Shown: in pieces, positions 29,204 to 36,878 of the stretch | Numbering within the stretch: the first letter of the stretch is position 1 | Layout: each line of letters opens with the position of its first letter | From: Candidatus Omnitrophota bacterium | Lineage (GTDB): Bacteria; Omnitrophota; Gorgyraeia; Gygaellales; Profunditerraquicolaceae | DNA: 64,000 nucleotides | Direction of reading: 5' to 3' | NCBI GenBank assembly: GCA_023227985.1 | Contig: JALOCB010000006.1 | Coordinates: forward strand, 2,631 to 66,630 | The notes under the pieces: generated by a model | The model's database searches: none | What the model saw: only the letters and a program-made list of their open reading frames with translations | Told to the model about the DNA's origin: nothing | Position numbers and translations under genes: made by a program

Positions 29204-30040
29204 TTATTTATTGACCGCCGTCACAAAAAGGGAAGTAATGATCTCGTCCAGTTTCTGCAGGTCGCAAGGCTTGAGCAGATAATCGCAGGCGCCTTCCTTA
29301 GCCGCCTCTTCCATAACATGCTCGTCCTGGACCGAAGTAAGCATGATCACTTTTATCGATCCATTGATCTTTTTTATCTGGTTCAACACCATTAATCCGT
29401 CCATCCCGGGCATGCGCATATCCAGGAGCACTACCTGAGGAGCCTCTGTCCTTACCGACATAAGCGCATCCATACCGGAAGAGGAGACATCAACCTTATA
29501 GCCTTTTTTGCCCAAAAAATCCTGCAGGACATTGCGTATCTCCAGATTATCATCCACCACAAGTATGCGTCTGCCGGCATTGGACGCATCCGCCGCCAAG
29601 TGAATGCCGCCTTCTTCAGAGCGCAATACCCCCAATATCGTCTTCACCATAAAATGGGTGGAAAAATCCTTCTTCACCACAGCCGAGACCCTGAGGGCCA
29701 GGACTTTAGCCTGGGCTTCATCAGACTGGCTATCAACGGCAAAAATTATTATATGCGCCTGTTTATCGAATCCCCTGATCTTCCGGGCAGTATCCCACCC
29801 GCTTAATCCGGGCATAGCCTCATTCAGGATTATCAGATCGAACCTCTCCTCGGAAAGGCGGGCCAGGGCTTCTTCCCCCGTAGGGACGCAGGTAACCTCA
29901 TAATTCAAAGAAAACAATATCTCGTATAAAAGGTTTCGCGCATCCAGATCATTATCAGCTATCAGTATTTTTTCCTTCCACATAGCTTTATTTATCCTCG
30001 TTCTCCCCCAATTTTTCCTTAACCTTAGCCAATATCTCAA
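29204..30040 (-). CDS. Tandem-receiver response regulator (REC-REC)
   Basis: Two receiver domains: ILIADND...IILNEAMPG and ILVVDDN...VLLDMRMPG. The probable true start is MWKEK at about 29983, which removes the overlap with the next gene. Confidence 0.8.
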   Translation of the reverse strand: MRYWLRLRKNWGRTRINKAMWKEKILIADNDLDARNLLYEILFSLNYEVTCVPTGEEALARLSEERFDLIILNEAMPGLSGWDTARKIRGFDKQAHIIIFAVDSQSDEAQAKVLALRVSAVVKKDFSTHFMVKTILGVLRSEEGGIHLAADASNAGRRILVVDDNLEIRNVLQDFLGKKGYKVDVSSSGMDALMSVRTEAPQVVLLDMRMPGMDGLMVLNQIKKINGSIKVIMLTSVQDEHVMEEAAKEGACDYLLKPCDLQKLDEIITSLFVTAVNK

Positions 30041-30371
30041 AGAGGTCTATGGGTTTATACATTACGTCTTTTTCATTATAACCCAATCCCAACAACTCAT
30101 CAATATCTTTCTGGAGACCTATTGACCCGCTTAAGATTATGACCGGCAGCTTTATCCCCGCGTCATTCAATCCCCTCAAAACATCCATGCCGGTCATTTT
30201 AGGCATGCGCATATCTATGATCAACAGGTCCATCTTGTCGCCGGACTTTAATATATTCAGCGCCTTGTCGCCTTCCAGGTTTTTAAAAACTTCAAACCCT
30301 TTCTTGCGCAAAAAGACGTCGATTATATTCACTATCTCCTGCTCGTCATCTACTACCATTATTTTAGGCAT
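29988..30371 (-). CDS. Single-domain response regulator
   Basis: 127 aa. IMVVDDEQE...LLIIDMRMPKMTG. Confidence 0.85.
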   Translation of the reverse strand: MPKIMVVDDEQEIVNIIDVFLRKKGFEVFKNLEGDKALNILKSGDKMDLLIIDMRMPKMTGMDVLRGLNDAGIKLPVIILSGSIGLQKDIDELLGLGYNEKDVMYKPIDLFEILAKVKEKLGENEDK

Positions 30372-31107
30372 TGCTACCTCCTTCTGGCATTGCCGGCAGT
30401 GTTATGCTGGCTGCCGTCCCTTTCCCCGGAGAGCTTTTCAGATCCAACTCTCCTCCGTGCGCCTTGACTATGCTATAACTTACCGAAAGGCCCAAACCAA
30501 CGCGTTTTTCTTTAGTGGTAAAAAAAGGCTCGAACAACCTGGCCATAACTTCGGCGGACATTCCCGGCCCTGTATCTTCAAAGGTTATCTTCACATTTTC
30601 CCCGGACCGGCAGGTAGACACCTTTATCTGCCCCCCCTTAAACATAGCATCCCGGCTGTTATTCAACAAATTGATAAACACATCCTGCATATGTTTTTCG
30701 TCTATATTAACCTCCGGTAAGCCTACGCCGTAATTTTTCATTATTTTGACATTATCCATAGAAAACTGGGGTTCAATAAGGCTGATCAGCCCTTCCAGGC
30801 TTTTATTTATATCCGCGCGAACTGTCCGGTCCTTCGAAGGCCGGACAAAACCAAGAATTCTTTGTATTATATCTTTTGCCCTTTGGCTTTCCTGGAAGAT
30901 CGCCTGAAGGTTCTTCTTTAATTCCTCGTTATCGATCTTTTCCATCAATGACAACTGAGCCCTGCCCGAAATAACCATTAAAGGGTTGTTCACATCATGG
31001 GCCATAACCTCCACAAATTTACCAAACTGGGCGAACCTCTGCGAATTCTCGCGCTTTTTACGCCGGGCTATATCCCGGTTAATAGAAATAAAATCAAATA
31101 ATCCCAT
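30364..31107 (-). CDS. Cytoplasmic histidine kinase core (HisKA and HATPase_c only, no sensor or TM)
   Basis: The H-box is MAHDVNNPL. The N, G1 and G2 boxes are NLLNNSRDAM, DTGPGM and GLGLS. Confidence 0.85.
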   Translation of the reverse strand: MGLFDFISINRDIARRKKRENSQRFAQFGKFVEVMAHDVNNPLMVISGRAQLSLMEKIDNEELKKNLQAIFQESQRAKDIIQRILGFVRPSKDRTVRADINKSLEGLISLIEPQFSMDNVKIMKNYGVGLPEVNIDEKHMQDVFINLLNNSRDAMFKGGQIKVSTCRSGENVKITFEDTGPGMSAEVMARLFEPFFTTKEKRVGLGLSVSYSIVKAHGGELDLKSSPGKGTAASITLPAMPEGGSNA

Positions 31108-31108
31108 A

Positions 31109-31471
31109 TCACCCCAGAAATTTAACGATTTTTGCCGCCATCTCAGCGGAATCGAACGGTTTCAACATATAATCGTCCGCCTTGCAAAGTTTAACCTTCT
31201 CCACAACGCAATCGGAACTGGCAGTAACCAGGATAACAGGTATCCCCCTAAGACCCTCGTCAGCCTTCATCTGAATGCATACCTCTGTTCCTTCCATAAC
31301 AGGAAGGCGCAGGTCCAACAATACCAAGTCGGGTTTCTTCTCTCTGATCAGCTCTAAGCCTTCTTTGCCGTTTACCGCCACATAAACCTCATAGCCCATC
31401 TTTTTCAGCCTGAAAACCTCAACCTTCAACACATCAGGCTCATCATCCACAACCACGATTTTTTTCGCCAT
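31109..31471 (-). CDS. Single-domain response regulator
   Basis: 120 aa. IVVVDDEPD...VLLDLRLPVMEG. Confidence 0.85.
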   Translation of the reverse strand: MAKKIVVVDDEPDVLKVEVFRLKKMGYEVYVAVNGKEGLELIREKKPDLVLLDLRLPVMEGTEVCIQMKADEGLRGIPVILVTASSDCVVEKVKLCKADDYMLKPFDSAEMAAKIVKFLG

Positions 31472-31482
31472 TGTTCCCTTCT

Positions 31483-31497
31483 CAAGACCCGGTCTTG
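31483..31497. repeat. 15-bp palindrome CAAGACCCGGTCTTG, copy 1
   Basis: Perfect palindrome around a central C. Lies in the 27-bp gap between the hybrid HK stop and the REC start. Confidence 0.7.
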
Positions 31498-31498
31498 A

Positions 31499-34288
31499 TC
31501 ACAAAAGATAATTCAGCCACTTTTCCAACAGCTTTATATCAAAAGGCTTGCCGATCATCGGCAAGGCTTCCTTTTTAATATACTCTTTTATACGGTCGAT
31601 TTTTACCTCGTATCCGGAGATTATCAAAAGCGGGATATCCTTGGTCCTTACACTGCCTTTAAGCCTGCCGATCACCTCGTAACCGCTCATCCTGGGCATC
31701 TTAATATCGAGTATTATCAGGTCCGGCGGCTGGGCTTCTATCAGGGCCAAAGCCTCTTCGCCTCCGGCAGCCTCGGTGATATTGCTATAACCGAACTTCT
31801 CCAGTATCTTGCGCAATGTGCTCAAAACCTCGGGTTCATCATCCACCAGCATTATCCTGCTTCTTGATCTTTCCTCCTGCGTATTAACCACGGATCTATA
31901 CGCCTTATCCAGCAACTCCTCCACGGTTTTAGCCTCATCCGGAAAAACAACGTAGCTGCTGGAAAATTGCGCCTTTAACTCTTCATCTATCTTAAAAATA
32001 GTTTCTTTAACTGCCGCGCGCAGCCTTAACTTAAGCCCCTGGGCTTCCAGCCTGGGAATAAGGCTGGACACAAACAGTTCATTCTCTACCCTGCGGATCA
32101 CCAGATCAGAAACGCCTATCTGGCCTTTTAAAGATTCCTGGATCTCCCGGCAAATAGCCTCTGTTTTATCCGAACCTGCCCGGATTTTGATCTGCCCGTA
32201 ATTATCCCACCGCAAAACGAATAAACCGAAAACAAAATACGCTTTTTCTATCGCGTCTTTGCCCTGCTTTATGCTCTCCTCCAATATCTTTTCTATGCCG
32301 TACCTGGGGAGCGTAAAAATAAATTTGGTTCCGGCGCCGACCGCGCTTTCAACATAAATGGCCCCGCCATGCTTTTCAATGATCTCCTTGGATATAGCCA
32401 AACCCAGCCCTGTGCCGCCTTTCCTTTCTTTAACATCTCCCAACTGCTCGAAGCTCTGAAAAAGCCGGGGAATATCTTCCTGCTTAACCCCGGGCCCGGT
32501 ATCTTCCACTGTAACGCATACGGCGTTCCCTTTCTTTGTGGTAGCCAAAATGATGCTTCCTTTTTCAGTGAATTTAATGGCGTTATTCACCAGGTTGGTT
32601 ATGACCTGGATGATCTTGTCGCGGTCAAACCTGAATACAGGCAGGTTCTCGTCAAGTTTGATCACCAGGTCCAGCCCCTTGGCTTTTATCAGGGCGGTCA
32701 TTGTCCTCTCGATCTCCAGGGCCACTTCATTGATATCGTTGTCCTGGAAATTGAACTGGGCCTTGCCTGCATCCAGCTTCTGGAAATCAAGGACATCGTT
32801 TATCAGGCGGGCCAAACGGTCCACATTCCTCTTAGCCGTATCCAGAAAATCTTTTTGCTCAAGGTTAAGCTCTCCGGCCGATCCGTCCAGTACAATATTT
32901 ATGCCCTCCTTGATCGCGGTCAGCGGGGTCCTTAACTCGTGGGAAACGATAGAGGTGAATTTTGATTTTGTTTCCATTGCCTCTTTAAGCCTTGCCTCCG
33001 CTTTCTTGCGCCCGGTAATATCCCGGATGGATTCAATAGCGCCGATAAAATGCCCCATATCGTCAAAAAGAGGAGCGGCCACTACCCAGAGATATGCGCC
33101 TTTTCCCTGGTAAAAGCCGGGGATGAACGTTTCCGCAAACAGATTATTCCCTTTTTTCTCTATAAAATCGTATTTCTTGCTTAATTTCGAATTATGCTGG
33201 AAGACAAAATCGATCATTACCGGCCGCGCCTGCCCGTAAAAAGGCACGGCATAGGCGTAATCGCCTTTGCCGATCATATCCTTCTTGGATACCCCGGTCA
33301 TATCCTCTAAAGCCCGGTTCCAGGCAATCACCTTTTTTTCCTGGTCTATAACAAAGGTGGCGTCAGGCAGGAATTCGATTATATCCAGGAGCTTGCGGTT
33401 GCTCGACTGAAGCCCTTCTTCGGCCCTTTTACGGCTGGTTATCTCCTGGAGCAAAACGCGGTTAAGCCTGCCCAGTTCCGCGGTCTTCTGTTGTTCTATA
33501 GCCACTAATTTCTGCTCTTTTTCTATGGCCAATCTCAGATCATCGCTCATCTTGTTGAACAGCCCGATCAACCTGCCGATCTCATCCTCCTTCTTGGGAA
33601 TTATCTTATGGCTGAAATCACCGTGGGCTACCAGGTTCATCCCTTTTCCCAGGTCTTTGATCGGCCGGATTATTGCCTGCAGCAGAAAGAAAAAAGTCAG
33701 GATTATGATGACCATTAGCCCGAACAGGGAAAGATAGATATTGCGTTTCCAGGTAGCCTTTTCCTCTGCGAGCTTATCCTTCCAATCCAGGACTATTCTC
33801 AAGACCCCGAGAACTTTTTTATCCCGGCCATGGCAGCCAAAACAGTTTTTTTCATTAAAAATCGGTATGCTCTTGGCAAAGACGCTCTCTCCTGTTTTCT
33901 TGCGTATCTCCACTCCCTGGATCTCTTCGCCCCTTAAAAGCCTGTCCAGATACTTAACCTGGGGCTTTTCGCCGATCCGGCTCTTATCCGTGCTTCTTTT
34001 AATGACCCCCAGATAATCCGTCAAATGGATGTCATTGACCTCTTTTAAATTACGGTAATTGTCGAATTGCAGTTGGATTATATCCTGGTCGCCGCCCAGC
34101 ATAGGATGGCGCATCGCGGTCAGAATAACGTTCGAGAAGGTGCTTCCTTCGTTGACGCTGTGCGTCAGCATTATCCTGTTCTGGTTACTTATGTTCATCA
34201 CGGTCATTATGCCCAGTATAGAGAATAATATGAAAAAGAGCATTATTATGCTGCGGGCGCTCAAGGAGTTATTTATATTTTTTATCAC
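31499..34288 (-). CDS. Hybrid sensor histidine kinase: TM, periplasmic CxxCH domain, TM, HAMP, PAS, HisKA, HATPase_c, unknown module, C-terminal REC
   Basis: 929 aa. Two TM helices flank a periplasmic region of about 140 aa that contains NCFGCHG, a c-type heme-binding motif. HAMP is followed by a PAS-like region (FVIDQEKKVIAWNRALEDMTG). The H-box is SHELRTPL. G-boxes are DTGPGV and GGTGLGLAIS. The C-terminal receiver is IMLVDDEPE...IILDIKMPRMSG. Confidence 0.85.
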   Translation of the reverse strand: MIKNINNSLSARSIIMLFFILFSILGIMTVMNISNQNRIMLTHSVNEGSTFSNVILTAMRHPMLGGDQDIIQLQFDNYRNLKEVNDIHLTDYLGVIKRSTDKSRIGEKPQVKYLDRLLRGEEIQGVEIRKKTGESVFAKSIPIFNEKNCFGCHGRDKKVLGVLRIVLDWKDKLAEEKATWKRNIYLSLFGLMVIIILTFFFLLQAIIRPIKDLGKGMNLVAHGDFSHKIIPKKEDEIGRLIGLFNKMSDDLRLAIEKEQKLVAIEQQKTAELGRLNRVLLQEITSRKRAEEGLQSSNRKLLDIIEFLPDATFVIDQEKKVIAWNRALEDMTGVSKKDMIGKGDYAYAVPFYGQARPVMIDFVFQHNSKLSKKYDFIEKKGNNLFAETFIPGFYQGKGAYLWVVAAPLFDDMGHFIGAIESIRDITGRKKAEARLKEAMETKSKFTSIVSHELRTPLTAIKEGINIVLDGSAGELNLEQKDFLDTAKRNVDRLARLINDVLDFQKLDAGKAQFNFQDNDINEVALEIERTMTALIKAKGLDLVIKLDENLPVFRFDRDKIIQVITNLVNNAIKFTEKGSIILATTKKGNAVCVTVEDTGPGVKQEDIPRLFQSFEQLGDVKERKGGTGLGLAISKEIIEKHGGAIYVESAVGAGTKFIFTLPRYGIEKILEESIKQGKDAIEKAYFVFGLFVLRWDNYGQIKIRAGSDKTEAICREIQESLKGQIGVSDLVIRRVENELFVSSLIPRLEAQGLKLRLRAAVKETIFKIDEELKAQFSSSYVVFPDEAKTVEELLDKAYRSVVNTQEERSRSRIMLVDDEPEVLSTLRKILEKFGYSNITEAAGGEEALALIEAQPPDLIILDIKMPRMSGYEVIGRLKGSVRTKDIPLLIISGYEVKIDRIKEYIKKEALPMIGKPFDIKLLEKWLNYLL

Positions 34289-36390
34289 TGCTTCCTCCTT
34301 AAGAGCATTTTTACCCGCGCCAGCAGCTTATCGCTGTCAAAAGGTTTGGTCAGGTAATCGTCCGCCCCGGCGTCAAGGCCCTGCAGCTCGCTTTCCTTAT
34401 CCTCCCTGGCGGTCAAAAGGATGACCGGGATCACCGCGGTCTCCAGTTTCGACCGTAAAGCCTTAACCTCTTCAAACCCGTTCATTTTGGGCATAGTAAC
34501 GTCGCTAATGACCAGATCCGGCTTTTCCTTATTACAGAACGCCACTGCCTCCTGACCATCCCTGGCCTTGACCACCCGATAGCCCGCGTCGGTGAGCCTT
34601 TTTTCCAGGATCTTCAGTATATCTTCCTCATCGTCTACAATAAGTATCTTTATATCCTTGCCGGCCTGCGCCGACCTAAGGACAGCTTCTTCCTCCGAGG
34701 CGGCGCCGACTATGTTGAAGATCTCTTCCAGAGTAGTGATCCCCGCGGATACTTTCTCCAGGCCTGCTCTGGCCAAAGTCTTCAGGCCGCTCTTCTTTGC
34801 CTCCGACAGAATCTCGTCTTCCGCGAACCTCTGGGCGATCATCCCCCGTATCTTTTCGCTGATCCTGAATATCTCAAAAATCGCGGTCCTGCCCAGAAAA
34901 CCGGTGAATCCGCAATAGCTGCAGCCCGAACCATGATAGAACTCCTTTATACCAAGCTGGTCTATATGGCTTTTAAATAGGCTTAACAAGTGCCCATCCG
35001 GTTGATATTTCTCTTTGCAATGCGGGCAGATCATCTTGACCAGCCTCTGGGCCACGACAAGGATCAACGCAGAAGATATCAGATACGGCTCCAGACCTAT
35101 ATCCACCAAACGGGTTATTGAGGCAACCGCGTTATTCGTATGCAGCGTGGATAATACCAGGTGCCCGGTCAAAGAAGCCTGGAAAGCCATTTCTGCTGTC
35201 TCCTTGTCCCTTATCTCGCCTATCAGGATAACATTCGGGTCCTGCCGCAGAATGCTCTTTAAGGCGTTGGCAAAAGTAAGATCCTTGACCGGATTTACCT
35301 GCATCTGGTTCAAGCCATCGATCAGATATTCTATGGGGTCTTCTATAGTAATTATATTATTTTTCTCTGTTTTAACGACATTAAGAGTGGCATAAAGAGT
35401 GGAAGTCTTGCCCGACCCTGTGGGCCCGGTGACCAGGATCAACCCTTGAGCGGCAGTGATCGCCTGTTTATAGATATCCAGATCCGGGCCTTGAAAACCC
35501 ATACTTTCCAGCCCGGTTTTTGCCGCCTGAATATCCAACAACCTCATCTCGATCTTTTCCCCGTAAAAAGTAGGTATAGTCGAGACCCGCAGATCGACCT
35601 TCCTGCCGTTGACCGATATCTTAATCCTTCCATCCTGGGGCTTGCGGTTCTCCGCGGTATCCAACTGCGCCAGGACCTTCAAACGCGCGGCCAGCGAAGA
35701 ATGCAGGCTGACCGGAAGGTCCATAATATTGCGCAGGTCGCCGTCTATCCTGTACCTGACCTTGACCGTCTTCTCCTGAGACTCGATATGGATATCGCTG
35801 GCCCTTTGTTTTACCGCGTCGCTCAAAATAAGGTTGCAAATCTTTACTGCCGGGACATCTTCGGATCTTTGCGCCCGCTCATCCAAAAAGAATTCAGACG
35901 CGTCTTCGGTAACGATCTCGACCTTATCCGCTCCCATGACATTCTTCAGGATGTCATAAATATTATCCTCCGCCTGATAATATTTCTTAATGTGATTGTT
36001 TATCTCGCTCTTGGCGGCCAGTAGCGGCTTTACGCTCATTCCCGTGTTCAACCTTATATCATCCAGGGCCATAATATCCTGGGGATCGCTCATCGCCAAT
36101 ACCAGCGCGTCACCCTCCTTGCGCAAGGGCAATATCCCGTAACGCATAGCCAGTTCATACGGGACCAGCCTGACAGCAGAAGGGTCTATTGTTTCCTTGC
36201 TCAACTGCGTAACAGGCATATTGAATATCTTGGATGAAGCGCTGACCAGCTGCTCCTCCGCGATAAAACCCATCTCCACTAATAATTCCTGAAGCGGCTT
36301 CTTAGCGCCGATGCGCTTGATCCTGGCGTCGTTAAGCTGTTCCGCCGTTATGAGCCCTTCCCTGATAAGCTCGTCGATCAAAACAGTCAT
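34285..36390 (-). CDS. GspE/PilB-family secretion ATPase fused to a C-terminal receiver (REC) domain
   Basis: 701 aa. T2SE N-terminal domain. Walker A is GPTGSGKT. Asp and His boxes are ILIGEIRD and LVLSTLHTN. A tetracysteine motif is CPHC...GSGCSYC. The C-terminal receiver (aa ~583-701) is ILIVDDEED...LVISDVTMPKMNG...YLTKP. Confidence 0.85.
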   Translation of the reverse strand: MTVLIDELIREGLITAEQLNDARIKRIGAKKPLQELLVEMGFIAEEQLVSASSKIFNMPVTQLSKETIDPSAVRLVPYELAMRYGILPLRKEGDALVLAMSDPQDIMALDDIRLNTGMSVKPLLAAKSEINNHIKKYYQAEDNIYDILKNVMGADKVEIVTEDASEFFLDERAQRSEDVPAVKICNLILSDAVKQRASDIHIESQEKTVKVRYRIDGDLRNIMDLPVSLHSSLAARLKVLAQLDTAENRKPQDGRIKISVNGRKVDLRVSTIPTFYGEKIEMRLLDIQAAKTGLESMGFQGPDLDIYKQAITAAQGLILVTGPTGSGKTSTLYATLNVVKTEKNNIITIEDPIEYLIDGLNQMQVNPVKDLTFANALKSILRQDPNVILIGEIRDKETAEMAFQASLTGHLVLSTLHTNNAVASITRLVDIGLEPYLISSALILVVAQRLVKMICPHCKEKYQPDGHLLSLFKSHIDQLGIKEFYHGSGCSYCGFTGFLGRTAIFEIFRISEKIRGMIAQRFAEDEILSEAKKSGLKTLARAGLEKVSAGITTLEEIFNIVGAASEEEAVLRSAQAGKDIKILIVDDEEDILKILEKRLTDAGYRVVKARDGQEAVAFCNKEKPDLVISDVTMPKMNGFEEVKALRSKLETAVIPVILLTAREDKESELQGLDAGADDYLTKPFDSDKLLARVKMLLRRKQ

Positions 36391-36394
36391 ATTG

Positions 36395-36769
36395 TTAGGT
36401 CCTTGGTTTATCCAACAGCGCCTTAATGGCAGCCATCAGGGCTTGGGGGTCATAAGGTTTTTCGATATAGGCATCAGCCCCGTCGCTAAGGACCTTCTTC
36501 TTGTATTCCGGGTCCGTCACTCCGGTAAGCACAATGACCGGGATGTATCTGACCTGATTGGATAATCTAATGTTCTTTAAGACCGCCTGTCCACCGCCCG
36601 CGGGCAGCATCAGATCCAGGATGATCAAATCAGGCGGGGTTTTATGGATCATTGCTATACCCTGATAAGCGTCCTGAGCCGCCATTACCTCAAAGCCCTC
36701 CTGGGCCAACCTTTTATGCAATACCTTCACAACATCCAGGTCGTCCTCAATGATCATTATATTGCGCAT
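36395..36769 (-). CDS. Single-domain response regulator
   Basis: 124 aa. IMIIEDD...IILDLMLPAGGG. Confidence 0.85.
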   Translation of the reverse strand: MRNIMIIEDDLDVVKVLHKRLAQEGFEVMAAQDAYQGIAMIHKTPPDLIILDLMLPAGGGQAVLKNIRLSNQVRYIPVIVLTGVTDPEYKKKVLSDGADAYIEKPYDPQALMAAIKALLDKPRT

Positions 36770-36795
36770 CTCTATTTGATCCTTTTTTTAAAAGC

Positions 36796-36836
36796 AAACA
36801 AAAAGGGAACGGATCGTTTAAAAGCGTTCCGTTCCC
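36796..36836 (-). terminator. Rho-independent terminator downstream of glgP
   Basis: On the minus strand, the stem GGGAACGGA...TCCGTTCCC is followed by a T-rich tail (TTTTTGTTTGC). Confidence 0.6.
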
Positions 36837-36878
36837 TCAAAAATCCCGCGTTTCTCATAAATACCACCGTGGCTTGCG

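Noticed and set aside
34285-36390. Possible c-di-GMP-binding MshEN motif in the N-terminal domain of the GspE-REC protein
   Set aside because: The two candidate 24-residue stretches keep the hydrophobic spacing. They lack the leading Arg and Gly of the RLGxxL...G motif that contact c-di-GMP. This is therefore treated as a generic T2SE N-domain.
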